From Malacoraja senta (Eukaryota): DNA of 64,000 nucleotides. The notes beneath the pieces were generated by a model. It was not told the DNA's origin, searched no databases, and worked only from the letters and a program-made list of their open reading frames with translations. Shown piece after piece: positions 12,501 through 27,500 of the stretch (position 1 is its first letter; every line of letters starts with the position of its first letter). The translations under genes were made by a program, and so were the position numbers. Location of the stretch: assembly GCA_038087875.1 (NCBI GenBank), contig CM075989.1, positions 6,510,001 to 6,574,000 on the forward strand, given 5' to 3'.

Positions 12501-15500
12501 GAATGGGAAGTTAAAATGGTTGGCAACTGGGATATCCATTCGGCCTTGGCAGACCGAGGCAAATGTTCAGCGAAACTCCACATAGATGGCAAGATCAAAC
12601 CTAGATCTCTAAAGCTTTGAAGCAGCAGTATTAACCACTGTGCTGCGTGTCATCCAAAGTTATTAACATGAATTGTGCAGCTGCACTATTCTCTAGCAGC
12701 TGAATAATTTAGAAACCTGATGACCTTTATGCTACTATAGTTGAGTTTGAGTTTGCAACAGCCTGATAAATTTATCTGAATTGATCTGATTAAAATTCTA
12801 GCGTGGCAGGTAGGGAATTTAAATTCAAGTAATTAAACAAAAAAAATCTTAAATTACAAATTAGCATCAAATTAAAAAAATGAAGCTGGCCAAAACAAAA
12901 ATCGAGTGTATGAATATCCTCCAAGGAAAGACCAATCAAAGTGTGTTTTACTCTTACCTGCTTCCTGAAATACTCAAGCAAAGTGCTCAGGCAAGACCAA
13001 TAAATACCTGGCGGAAAATTAATTCTTACATTCTTTGAACAAATAATCATCAACTTCCTTTTCATTTTTGCCAACAGAAAATGTCATGACCAAATCCAGG
13101 ATGTCTCCTGAAACTTTTATTTCACTGTACGTAAATTGTTTGTTTATACTATTCTTATAACAAATGTAAAGCACTTTGGCCAACGAGAGTTGTTTTTTAA
13201 ATGTGCTATATAAATAAATGTGACTTGACTTGACTTGATACTTACCTACAACTGTACTATACCTCAGTACACGTGACAATAAGAAACTAAACTAACGTGT
13301 GTGATAAATGGCATCTTTCTTAAATCTTGACATAATACAGAAAGATTGTCCATCGTGTGAGTGCATTAAGTTGATGTCATGGATGGTAAAGTAAAATGTC
13401 ATGAAAGTAGATCCAACATCCTGGACTGTTCCTATTAGACATAACCAAGGTGAGAATAAGCATAAATCTTTGTCTTTGTATAGAGGTTTTTGCTCACGGA
13501 AAAACTTGCTCCTCCAGTTGGGTGGTGAGTAATTATCATTGGATGGGAAGGGACACTGCATTATGCAAAGTATGTTTGAGGCAACGGATGGTATAGAGAT
13601 AATGACACAGAGGCGCAGCTGCTAGAGCTGCTCAGAAATCCAGGTTCACTCCTAATCTTGGGTGCGATTTGCCTGGTGCTTGCACGTTCTCCCCATGACC
13701 GCATTTCCTACTGCTGCTTCGGTTTTCCTCCTAAATCCCAAAGATGTGTGGATTTGTATGTCAATTGGTCTCTGTAAAATTGTCCCTAGCGTGTTGGGAG
13801 TGGATGCCAAAGTGGGATAACAGAGTAGTGTTAACAGGTGATCGATTTGTCGGCATGGACTCGGTGGGCCAAAGGGTCCGTTTCCATGCTGCACCATAAG
13901 GAAGATGAGGCAATGGAGTGAGATTCTGATAACTCCAAAGTACTAGCACATACAAGATGAGTTGGAGTTATCTTTTGTCCAGTAAACACCTACGCTGTCA
14001 TCATTTTATCAATCAGCAGCACTTTCACTGAGGCCAAGACTTTAGTGAATGGTAAAGCAGGCACTGATTGGCCTACCTGTTCTTATATTATTATCCATGG
14101 ACAAAGATCAGAAGTAAACAAGTTAGCAATTTGCTTTTCCTTTTGTCCAGGACCTCAAAGTCCATTTTTTGAAAAGAAAAGATAATTTAAACACGTGAAT
14201 TAAACAGTCTGTCTGTCTTTTTTGTTATTTTTAGTGTGTTTTAACAAGTATGTGTTAATATTCTCTGGTTTGTTTTATGTGGGGGGTGGGGGAGGGGGTC
14301 AGGGGGAAACTTTTTTGCAATCTCCTACCTTGCCGGAGATGCGATTGTTTTCCAGATCGTATCTCCGGTCACTCTGCGGCCCAACATCATGAAGCTGGCG
14401 GCCTTGCTCGAGACTGACTTTGAGCCCCACCGCAGGGCCATGGACTTACCATCGAAGCCTGCGATCCCTTGCCTGGGATCGACGCTCCAACATTTCGGAT
14501 TTCAACATCGAGGAGCTCGCGGTCTCGGGTGGAGACTGATGTCGGGAAGCTCCAAAGTTCGAAGAGGTTCGACTAGCCACGACCCGGGGTCCGATCGCCC
14601 GGCGCGGGGACCTGAGACTCCCCCGATGCGGGAACTTGATCGCCCCGACGCGGAGGGCTCGACTGCCGGTTGCGGGAGCCAAGATAGCCCCGACCGCGGG
14701 AGAACAAAGAAGGGAAGAAGATTGAACTTTTTTTGCCTTCCATCACAGTGAGGATTGTGGGGGAGTCTCTGTGGTGGCTGTTCATGTTAAAAATTTATTT
14801 GGATGCCCTGTTGCTCTTTATTGGTATGACTGTATGGCAAATCAAATTCCTCGTATGTTGCAAGACATACTTGGCTAATAAAGTACTATTATGATTATGA
14901 TTATGAAAGGAGAATGATTAGAATGATTAGAAATGTTATTTCAGTTCAGATTTAGCCTTGGATATCTTCACAATTATTTTGACTTGAAAGGAAAATATGA
15001 TGCATTTGGTGATTTTTCATATATTTGTTGATATAACTATGGAATTTGCCAATGCTTTTTCATCCAATTACATGGTAATCTCAAATCTCAACAGTTTGAC
15101 AGAGAAAGTTTTAAATCTCAGAATTGCAAAACCATGCCAGGAAATATTTGGACAATTTGAATTTAATAGGAAAAGATCAGGATAGGCTTTAATTCGTGTA
15201 TTTCACTACACATTTTATTTTCATTTTATTTAGTTTAGAGGCCCACCGAGTCCGCACCGACCAGCGATCCCCGCACATTAACACTACTCTACACACACTA
15301 GGGACAATTTTTTTTACATTTATACCAAGCCAATTGACCCAAAAACCTGTACGTCTTTGGAGTGTGGGAGGAAAGCGAAGAGAAAACCCATGCAGGTCAC
15401 GGGGAGAACGAACAAACTCCGTACAGATAGCATAGTCAGGATAGAACCCGGGTCTCTGACTCTGTAAGGCAGTTGCTCTACTGCTGCGCCACTGTGCCAC

Positions 15501-18500
15501 CCATCTAAAGGGAAACAAGTCCATTTTATAATTGGGAAATCTTTCTTCGTGGTAAGGTTCACGCATAGATTGTATGATTCACTCACAAATCAATCAATCT
15601 CGATCATTCAGTAAATTATAAATTTCAAGACCACATGGTCTTGACCAGTGATATTTACAGTTAATCCATTATATTCCGATAGATGCAGCTTGGTCCTCAC
15701 AAGGACGCAGGGAATGCAAAATCATGTTACAATAGGATTAAGAGCTTGCAAGATTGGCCTTAATATTCTGACCTTCACCAATGAAATTTCCTGCGCACTG
15801 ACCTGGTGTGTTTCTCCTTAACAAATGTAGGATCGTCAAGGTGTTTGGAGGAGGGGAAGTCACAGTGCATAAATCGCTCCAAAACCACTCGGTAATTCTG
15901 CAGCTGCACCAGACAGCCTGCAAAAGACAAATGTGAATTCCAGACACATTAGAGACCAAAATAAAACCAAAAATAGGAACTAATTATAGAAAGTAGTGAA
16001 TACACACCGGAAATACAACTCGGGCTTAAAGTTTTAAAAAAATGTATGTGTTACAGTTCTGTCCTTAAATAGCTGTTTAAAATATACTTTTCAGTGGTTC
16101 AATTGTTCTTTTATTGTGACGTGCCAAGGTACAGTGAAATACATTTTTTGCATAGAGTTCAGTGAGATTATAGCCATACGTAGAGACAATCCAATGTTGG
16201 CCTGGTAGCAGATGGTGACGGTGGAGGGAAACCTGTAACCCAGGAATCAGTGCTTGGACCCATATCGAACCTTTGTAAACATAAATGATTTGGAAGCTAA
16301 CGTAGGAGCTATGATTAGCAAGTTGCAGATGATTCAAAAATTGATGGTGTTGTTGATGAGAGCAGTCTTCAGCCACAGCATGAGAAAGTTCAGCTGTTAA
16401 ATTGGGCAGAATCAGCAAATGGAATTTAATCCTGATAAATGCAAGGAGATACGTTTTTACGGAGGGAGGGTAGGGATTACGCCATACATGATCGGGCACC
16501 ATAGGGGATTGAGGAACAGAGAAACTTTGGTGTACATGTCCACAGATCCCCAAAGGTTGCAGCACAGGAAGATAAAGGAATGAAGGCGGAACATGGGATG
16601 CTGGCCTTCAAGAGCTGGGGCACTGAGTACAAGAACATGGAAAATAAAACTTTGGTTCGGCAAGGCTGAAATATTGTGTGCAGTTCTGGAGGAAAGACAT
16701 ATTAGCACTGGACGGTGCTGAGGAGACGTTTGGACGTTAATGGGATGGATTGACTTTGATGAAGGGTCTCGAACCAAAACGTCACTTATTCCTTTTCTCC
16801 AGAGACACTGCCTGACCCACTGGGTTACTCCAGTATTTTGTGTCTACCTTTGGTGTAAACCAGCATCTGCAGTTCCTTCTTACACATGGGTTATTTCGGT
16901 TATGAGGAGAAACTGGATAGTCATACAGCAGGGAAACAGGCCCTTCAGCCCAACGTGCCCACGCCGACTAACATGTCCCATCTACACTAGTCCCACCGAT
17001 GAGGATGTGTTTGCTTTCTTGTAGTAGAGGAGGATGAGGAGTGTTTCTGATGCAAGTAGACAACATTATGAGGGTATTGATGGGCCAAATATTTAAAACC
17101 TTTCCCCTTTGCTGAGGTGTACAATCGGATAACATTGGTTTTAATAAGGGGTAAGAGGTTTAGCGGGTATCTTCACCCAAGAGCGGTTGGAAACTGAAAC
17201 ACATTACCTAAGTGGGTGATGGGGACTGGTAGCCTCACCATCTGTTAGATCGGGACACACATTGCCATCCTCAAGGCATAAAAGACTACAGACCAAGTAT
17301 AGATGGGTACTTAAAGGTCAGCATAGACGGGGTGAGCTCTAAATCACAATGAGTCTGTATCTGGTACACCAGGTGTGGATCCCTGCACTCCTGTTGAAAC
17401 ACTGGGACCCTGTTTCCCCGTGCTCCCTTCCACACACTGAGGCCCTGGTTCCCTTGAAACTTCCCATGGCCCTGTTTGCAGTGCTCTCTTTGTACTACAG
17501 TTCAGTAAAAGTCTTACTGTACATAAGCACAATCATACGCAAGTGCAAGAGTGTAGGAATAGATTAGACCGAGTCAGCACACAAGAGTCACCTGGCGCCA
17601 ACTTGTACCTTTCAAATTTATTATTCTGTGACTTTTTTTGCAAAAAGCGAATTAAAACTGTGCTGGTGCATTAATTGGAATAAGATCCAATAATCCTGAA
17701 AATCTGCCAGTTCGGCACCAAAGTCGTGAGGGTAATGGATTAACCGAGTTTTGCTGAATTTCTTAATAATAGAAATGGCAGAACTTGGTCAAACGTCTAT
17801 TTATTACTAACTCCCCTGTGAAATAACTTAATAACTAACAAATGACTCGAGTCTGAAGAATGAATGGTAGGTCAAGCACAGTACGACCCACCGTATCACT
17901 TGGGGCCAGTGTTCACACATTCCCAGTGAGAAAACAAACTTGGAAAGGCATATTGAGAAAACGGCAGCTGCTTATAAACTCCTGAAATTTCAAGAGGGTG
18001 TAACTTGAATTTGTTGAAAATGTTAACTCCAAGTTTAAAGTCTTGTTTCTCTTTCCCCAGAAATTGACCCCATCATTCCCACCTCTGACGCAAGAAAGTA
18101 CATGCATTCTGCAAGATCAACCTACAATGTTTTACAGTATTGTGAGATAATAACAGCAAAAAGTTAAGATGAAAGAAACACCTTTACTTAGAGGAATCAT
18201 TTATTTAAAAAAATAAATTACTTGGAAGTAATTTTTAAATAACATGAACTGCACAGTACTGCTGTCACTTTAAGTTCTTACCTATATACGAGGTATCACT
18301 AAATGCTGTTTGGCTCACTTCAGAGTTTTGCAAAACACAGTCTAGTGAACCTGATGCATCCACAAGTTGCAAATGACCTGTCACTGAATTAGCCTGGAAC
18401 ACCCCATTCAATATCTGGAAAGGGATAATTTGAACAAGTTAACCTTTGTTCATTCCCCACAGCTCAGTTGAGAATTATACAGATGGTGTGGAGAGTGAAA

Positions 18501-21500
18501 ATACAAATCTTTCTCATACCTATCTACTCTCGCTTCATAGTTTTCATGAACAAGGGACAATATTCTCTCCCTCTAAATGACATCTGTTGCTGGTTATAGC
18601 ATATACCGAGTCCAACCTCGGCCCTTGAACTAACAAAGAAGCATGTTACCATTTTAAAATATATGTGCGGTGATTACCACTCATGGAACACAGATGGTCT
18701 CTGGCGACAAGCTATCGTTTTAAAAATTGTTAACAATTAATTTTATGGCAGAATCAAAATGATCTTTGTGCAACAAGAGTATTTCTCAGGTCACTTTAAC
18801 ACCAAATTGGTCCGAGTTATCTATTTGAACCAGATGTTTAAAGGTGGGGGAGAGGCAGGATGTGGGGTTGTGCAAAGTGTTGGTGGGGCAAATAAGGTTG
18901 CAGCATTTTTGCAATCTTGTTTATCTTGTAGCAGCAGATTTGTCACTGTGGTGGGAACAGGTGTTTAGCTTAGTGATGCAGTGCGGAAACAGGCCCTTCG
19001 GCCCACGGAGTCCTCGCCTGCCTACGATTCCCACACACTAACAGTATCCTCCACACCAGAGAGAATTTAAAATGTCACCAAGCCAATTTACCGACAAACC
19101 TGTACTTCTTTGGAGTGTGGGAGGAAACTGGACCTCCCGGAGATAACCCACGGGGTCACACCTGGGTTCGATCCTGACCCTGATGGGTCTCTGAGAAGGG
19201 AGGGGAGCGTAGCGAATCGAAAGGGGATAGAGGCAAGTTGAGTGAGTGGACAAGAACAGGGCAAATGCAATATAATGTGGAGAAATGTGATATTATTGAC
19301 TTTCACAAGACAGAAAATTAGAGTATTTCTAATATTAGATACCCCATCTCTCCTCCACATCTGAAGAAGGGTCTCGACCCGAAATATCACCCATTCCTTC
19401 TCTCCAGAGATGCTGGCTGTCCTGCTGAGTTACTCAAGCATTTTGTGTTTTCTCCTCATCTACCCAGTGCTCACCACAACCCATCCCCCACCCCTCCCCA
19501 TACACACCTTCCCTTCTACTCCCCCTGTCCACGACGCCCAGTTTCTTTAAACTCCTCCATCCGCAACTATCACCTCCTATTCCAGGTCGCCTATTTTTCT
19601 TTACTAACCCCCTCCCTTTTCCCTTCCATCCACTATCCCTCTTCTGGTTCTACATTTCACTGCCCGTCGTCCATCTTCATCAGATTCTCCCTCTGCACCC
19701 TTTGTTCTTCTTCACTTGTCACCTCCCCCACCCGACTCATCTACCAATCAAAGATAGACACAAAATGCTGGAGTAACTCAGCGGGTCATGCAGCATCTCT
19801 GGAGAGAAGGAATAGGTGACATTTCGGGTCGAGACTCTTCTTTAGGCTGAGAGTGCCATCTCCCAATCAACCCTTTCTCACCTGTATCTACCTATCCCTT
19901 CCCAATTCTTGATTTCCCCCTCACCTCTCTGCCCCAGCTTTCCATCCCTATCTCACCATTCTGAAGACTGTTCGTTTCCAGGGATACTGCCTGGCCCGCT
20001 GGTTTCCTCCAGCATTTATTTTTTTGCTCAAGATTCAAGCGCCTGCCATCTCCTGTGTCTCTATTTATAAATATTGACAGACTCAGTCATTTTGATGTTC
20101 AATGGAGAGCTTGGATTCCCTTGCACACAGATCACAAAACGCCAATGTACAGTTGTCATAGCGTTTGAGAAAGTAGGCAAATGATATGCTGGCCTATCTT
20201 GTGAAAACATTTAAATAAAGGAGCAATGATAACTTGCAGCAATTATATAGATGATATGTAGGCCTTTCAGAGAACATTTGAATACAGGAGTAATGATATC
20301 TTACAGCAATTATAAAGAGGGCTTGTTAAGACTGCACCTGGAGTATTGTATGCATTTTAATCTTCTTATGTACAAGAGGATTTGGTGCTATTGAACCTGG
20401 TTGCATTCTTTCTATGAAGTGGTTTGCCATTTAAGGGGAGTTTGAAATGACTAGGATTGTATTCTCCAGAATTGAAAACGTGAGGAGAGTTCATTGAAAC
20501 GTACAAATTTCCCTCAGGGCTCAACTGGCTGATGGCAGGGAGCATATTTTCCCTGTCGGAGGAGTTCAGAACCCGATATCATTATATCAGAATCAGTCGG
20601 AGATCATTTAGGACTGGGATAAGAAAATTATTCACACTGATGATGCCGGATGTTTGGAATTTGCTACCTCACACGGTTTAGTTTAGAGATACAGCATGGG
20701 AACAGGCTCTTCAGCCCAGCGAGTCCATGCTGACCACCTATCACCCCGTACACTAGTTCTATCCTACACACTAGGGACAATTTACAGAAGCCAATTAATC
20801 TACAAACCTGAAAGTCTTTGGAGTGTGGGAAGAAACCGGAGCACCCGGGGGAAACCCACGCGGTCATGGGGAGAACGTGCAAACTCTGCACAGACAGCAG
20901 CCGTGGTCAGGATCGAACCCGAGTCTCTGGCGCAGCGAGACAGCAACTGTACCGCTATCATGGATGATGTCCGGTTGTGGAGACTGATAGTTCTTTCAAA
21001 ACAAGGATTGATTTATTCTGGATAATAAGGGTAGTTCTGGTTTCAAGGGATATGGCATTAGTGGAAGAAAATAGCACTGAGAAAGACCATTAGAATCTGA
21101 GTGAAGGAGTAGGTTCAAAGCAACACATGATCTAATCATACTTCTATTTCTTACTTTCCTCTACAGGCTATTATTTCCACTCGGATTACATTTTGTTTTC
21201 CCTGCGGAATTTGGTGCCAGTCCGCCAGCCATTACAAAGCTCTATAGAGACACGTGACAGCTTTGTACTCAATTCAATCACTGCACACTAAACAAGCACA
21301 TGATTTGGATTTCTGGTGAATCCAGCTCTGTAAGCCAGAGGAGTTCACTTCAGAGCCACCCTGTGACAAAAATAAGCTACTGCAAGTTTATATTTCAAGC
21401 AAGATTCTACCGAAAGATTTGTATTTATATTACTACCAAGATTTCCACCAAATATACATATAGGTTTATGTTTCTATCAAGAGATATAAATATAGATTTA

Positions 21501-24500
21501 TATTTCTACCAGGGTCACCAGTCTAAAGAAGGGTCTTGAGCCGAAACGTCACCTATTCCTTTTCCCGAGAGATGCTGTCTGACCCGCTGAGTTAAAATTC
21601 AAAATGCAAGGTTCAAGAGAGTTTATTGTCATGTGTCCCAGATAGGACAATTAAATTCTTGCTTTGCTTCAGCACAACAGAATATTGTAGGCATAAATAC
21701 AGAACAGATCAGTGTGTCCATATACCATTGAATATATATATATACACACATAAATAAGCATATAAAGTGCAATAGGCCATTAAAGTTCAGATTTTTGTTT
21801 GAGTTGAGTTTAATAGTCTGATGGCTGTGGGGAAGCAGCTGTTCCTAAACCTGGATGTTGCAGATTTCAGGCTCCTGTACCTTCTACCTGAAGGCAGCGG
21901 GGAGATGAGTGTGTGGCCAGGATGGTGTGGGTCCTTGATGATGCTGCCAGCCTTTTTGAGGCAGCGACTGTGGTAGATCCCCTCGATGGTAGGGAGGTCA
22001 GAGCTGATGATGGACTGGGCAGTGTTTGCAACTTTTTGCAGTCTTTTCCAGTTACTCCAGCTTTTTGTGTCTATCTTCAGTTTAAACCAGCATCTGCAGT
22101 TCCTTCCTACACATGAATTGAAGGGGTATTGTTGAGTAGACAAGGCGGTCGTTTCAGGGCATTTTGTCGAGGTGCAATATTTTGTCATGCCAATGGTGGA
22201 GAAAATAAACATTTTTGGTGGCAGATGGGATACCAGACAGACGCTGTGTTTAGCTTCTTTAGTACTGTTCTTTAGCGCTTCTACAGATGTCCCATAGAAA
22301 GCATTTTATCGGGATGCACCGCAGCTTGGCTTGGGAACAGCTCCATCCAAGACCGCAAGTAATTGCAGCGAATTGTGGATGCAGCCCAGACCATCACACA
22401 AACCAACCTCCCTTCCATTTATACCTCACGCTGCCTCGGCAAGGCCAGCAGCATAATCAAGGATGAGTCGCATCCTGGCCACTCCCTCTTCGCTCCTCTC
22501 CCATCGGGCAAAAGGTATAGAAATGTGAAAATGCACATCTCCAGATTCAGGGACAGATTCTTCCCAGCTGTTATCAGGCAGCTGAAGCATCCTATCACAA
22601 CTAGAGAGCAGTCCTGAACTGCTATCTACCTCATTGGTGACCCTCCGACTATCTTTGATTGGACTTTATTGGCTTTACCTTGCACTAAACGTTATTCCCT
22701 TATCATGTATCTATACACTGTAAATGGCTTGATTGTAACCATATTTTTTTCTACTGACTGATTAGCACACAACAAAAGCTTTTCACTGTACCTCGGCAGA
22801 CGCGACAATAAACTAAATTGAGCTGACTTTGAAAATATAGCAAACTATTAATGCAAATCATCAGAATAAGGCACAAGTAACATTAATATCAATTCAAAAT
22901 AAAAGTACCATTTGGGGTTGGAAATCTTCAGGTCCTAAAACATCAAACGACCAGGCAAGCTTACTATTAAGCTGCGAAGCTACCAAGTGTCTTATCTCAT
23001 TGTCTGGCAACAAGGAGGACAAGTCGAGAGAGTTCCACGCTTGTTCTTCCGCCATGGATAACAGTTCTGCCAAAGATGGCATCTGGCATGGAATATTCAG
23101 ATGTGAGATCTGGAGAAAAATGAAATGATTATCACAGATTGTTCAAAACACATTGAGCAAAAACCACAGAAGGAAAGGTAATGTGCTAACGGCACTGAGA
23201 ACGAGCGATGGAGCGCTGCGAGCACAGTCGTTTGACAGCACTGGGCCTCTACTCGCTGGAGTTTAGAAGGATGAGAGGGGGAACTCATTGAAACCTCCCA
23301 AATAGTGAAAGACTTGGATAGAGTGGATGTGAAGGGGACGTGTCCACTAGTGAGAGAGTCTAAGACCAGGGGTCATAGCCTCAGAATTAAAGGACGTTCT
23401 TTAGGAAGGAGATGGAGGAATTTCTTTAGACAGCGGTGAAACTGTGGAATTCTTTGCCACAAAACGCTGTGGAGGTCAAGTCAATTGATATTTTTAAGGC
23501 AGAGGTAAATAGATTCTTGATTAGTACAGGTGTCACGGGTTATGGGGAGAAGGCAGGAGAATGTAGTTGGGAAGAAGAAATAGAACATCCATGATAGAAT
23601 GGTGGAGTAGACTCGATGGTCTGAATGGCCGAATTCTGCGCCTATCACTTATGACCTTATGAACACCATTCAATGAGGTCTGGAAATCAGACACGGATAT
23701 TGAAAATATCAGAGACACTGCAGGTCCTTTAGTATTTGAAAGCAGGGGCAAGAGTCTAGAAAGATCTGGGAGGATCCTTTAATCGTGGTCAGAAATGGAA
23801 ATCTCAAACAGAACTTCCAAAAACAAGGCTTGGTAGATGCTAATAAATTATCTGCAGAAGGAAATCACCGATTAGTTCAATATCCTAAACAGGATATGAC
23901 CAGAATTTATCGTGCAGTAAACAAGAACATTCCAGGAGGTGCATATCATGGAAGAAGCTGCAGGGAGATACGTTTTAAGGACATTCTTGGAGAAGAGGGG
24001 AGGTGGAACGCCTTGGGATCAAAACTCCAGATAAGGAATCAAGATGTGTGAAGGTATAACGGACAGGTTCAGGCAGGTGAAGGAATAGGCCAGAATCAAA
24101 GAAGGTGAGAGCAGTCAACGGGCAGAGAGTACGGGAACGGATTAAACAAGGGCATGAGGAGATTGAAGAGATGGAGTCAGGCTCAATTTTTCCTGGTATT
24201 TCAATATCTCAATTTAAAATTGTCATCCCTTTGTTTCAAATCCATTGAATAAACAAACACATGACTAAACTGTGGCAAGTGCTGAAGGAAGAAAACAATA
24301 AAAAAATACCAAACAGCTTTTGCTGAAACAGATTCAAATTCTACAAAGTTACTCTTTACAAATGGAGCTCACACAAGATCAATTCCTTCAATGTGCAACT
24401 GATTAAGTTGAGGATGAGCAGCATGTCCGTATCTGGGAACTCTAGTTTATCTAAAAGACAAGAACAGGTCTGGTCTCAGTTCTTATGGTTCCCCAGAGCT

Positions 24501-27500
24501 TGCTTAACCAAGATGCATGGCCAAGAGCAATCAAAGCGGCACGGTATTAAAGAGCTATGATGACCCATGGAACAAACCGCTATGTTAAATCAAGTTAGCG
24601 GAGGAAAAAGAAGAATGCGGTCAGGTTGGCAAGGTTGGGGTGTAGTTGATAGGAGAGAGAGGAAATGATCAGAAACACTGAAATCATTGTTCAAAAAGTA
24701 TCAATGATCCAGGGATATAAATTACGTGCAAACAGATGGGAGTTATTCTTGGCATGATCTTCGGCATGATCTGAGGGCTTGTTTCTGTGCTGCATTGTCC
24801 CTAAGTTCAAAGACGTTACATAAACAGTGTACAGCAAGCCCACAAAACAGTGCAGAAATACCTCCATAACAGGACACTTATGCATCTCCGCTAGTATCTC
24901 CTGGTATATGTCCCTTGTTGGTTGAGGTGAATTCCACTTCGTATAATCCAGAATACAGTTAAACAATGTCCCAATGATGCCAGCATTGGTTCCACACTTT
25001 AACATGTGTTGCTGTGAAGTATAGCAAGGGCAAAATCTACAGTATAGAACAAAACACAAAGTGACTGTGTACACCAATGTATGGTAACAGATTTATTTTC
25101 ATTTCTGCCTTTAATTAACATGCTTTTATCCAACATAATGGATAATGGGAAGCAAAGAAAGATCTTACTGTTTTCGCAAAAGTATAAAAGTTAAATATAA
25201 CAATGAAGTGATCTGGTTTGTACAAAACTAATCTTTGTGAGAAGCACGGATTTACAAACATTTGGAAAACACCGAAAGGAGGAGAGAAACATTAATTAGA
25301 CAGCCAAGTAAAAGATGTTGGTTAAGAACAAGATGCTGTCTTTCATGCCGAGTGTTTCCACCATTTTCTGTTTGTGTTTTTAAATATTGGTACATATCCA
25401 AAGCCAGAATGTATTAATTCTGCTCCACTAGTCATGCAACTACTTGGATGTATTCAGAAGTCTAGCGGGGGAACAAAGAATACATTCTGTTATTGGATAT
25501 GCACCAGAATTTGAGATAAAAACAAAATGCTGGAAACATGTCAGCATTTCAGGCAACGTTTATGGAGCAAGAAACTGAATGAAAGTTTCAAGTTTCAGAC
25601 TCTTCGTCAGAACGGTGGAGAAAATAAATTGGCATGAATTTGCAGGGACAAATGGGGAGGGATGGTAGAAAGGGAACATTTCCACAGGGCATGGCCAAAG
25701 CTGTATCGGGGATATGCTATAAACAATCTCATCAGACAATCAGGCCAGTTAGAGAAAGAATACTGTCCCTTGTTCATGAAAGCAGTGAAGTGAGGGTAGA
25801 TAGGTATGAGAACAATGACAAAAGAATGTGAAAGCAGCAGAATACACAGATGCCATACTGGCAGATGTCACAGCAGTGACTTCAAACTATCTTACAATTT
25901 GAAAAATGAATTAAAAGTATCATCTTCCAGTGCAAGCAATATACTTCAATTTTATACCAAGTACATTAGGTCTGAGCTATAGAGAGGTTGAGCAGGCTTG
26001 GACTTCCTTGGAGCACAGGAGGATGAGAGGTAATCTTAGAGGGGTGCATAAAATCATGAGAGGATTAGATCAGGTAGATGCAAAATTTTTTGCCCAGAGT
26101 AGGGGAGTCAAGGACCAGAGGACATAGGTTTAAGGTGAAAGGGAAAAGATTTAATAGGAATCTGAGGGGTAACATTTTCACACAAAGCGAGCTGCCAGAG
26201 GAGGTTGTTGAGGCAGCGACTATTGCAATGTTTAAGAAACAATTGGGCAAGTACATACATACAGGTTTAGAGGGATATGGGCCAAATGCAGGCAGGTGGG
26301 ACTAGTGTAGTTGGGACATGATGGTCGGTGTGGGCAAGTTGGTTCATAGGGCCTGTTTCCACATTGTATGACTCTGACTGTACATTCTCCACATCCAAAT
26401 CCAACAGTCAAAAGACAATAGGGTTAAAATCAGAACTTTCAAGGAACAAAATTATAGGAAGTAAATTTATGCATTGGAAATTTAATAAACTATGGCAGAA
26501 AGAGCCTAATTTGCACAATTTATCTCTGTGTATCTATGTAATTATGTATTTATATATCAATTTATCTATACAATTTGCCATTTATCTATATCTTAATCTA
26601 CGATTTATCTATACGCATGCACTCACAGATGGACGAGGCCTATTTGTTCAATTCAACAAAAACTTGTTCCAAGTTTTACCTTTGTACAAATGTGTCTATA
26701 ACGTGCACTAGCCACAAGTAACTGGGCAGATCCAGGTTATACTTGAACAGCAAGTGGATATATATGTTGCAGCTGGGAGAGAATGGATGATATTCTGTAC
26801 TCAGCCGAGAAAATCGTGTGATTTGCAAGGTGCTCCTGAGACAGCAGCAAAGCATGATATGTGGGAGATGGTCCGAGACCTTCACATGCACGTGGGCGTC
26901 AAAGACCTGAGAAAAGAATCCACTTGTAACAAAAACACTGTTGTTGGCAAATGTACAGACAAGTTACTGACAATTAGTGAACAAAGCAGAACACTGCAGG
27001 TGTAGAGCTTTAAAAGATGTTCATGTCAACCCTTCTGATCAAGTTACATAGATACATAGAAATTAGGTGCAGGAGTAGGCCATTCGGCCCTTCGAGCCTG
27101 CACCGCCATTCAATACGATCATGGCTGATCATCCAACTCAGTATCCCGTACCTGCCTTCTCTCCATACCCCCTGATCCCTTTAGCCACAAGGGCCACATC
27201 TAATTCCCTCTTAAATATAGCTGTTCTGTTCGTTAGTGGTAGAAAGCCTAGTTTAAGCTAAAATGTTTAAATGTTCTTCATTGTGCTTTCATATCTTGTA
27301 ACTGGACTGTAATATCACAATTGCAGTGACCTGCACTTTGTCATGGCATTACATTATACACTATCAACACACCATCCAGGCTCAGAGTGTCGGAAGGAAC
27401 TGTATGCTGGAGTAACTCAGCGGGTGAGGCAGCATCTCTGGAGAGAAGGAATGGGTGACACTTCAGGTCGAGACCCTTCTTCAGTCTCCAGGGATGATGC

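Noticed and set aside
12060..21300. Possible nested plus-strand gene suggested by acceptor/donor-like sites (about 12062, 13078, 13484, 14151, 17871-18141, 21167)
   Set aside because: No recognisable protein could be assembled; some implied introns are implausibly short; one candidate frame (15825-15930) was simply the antisense of CTC1 exon 12.
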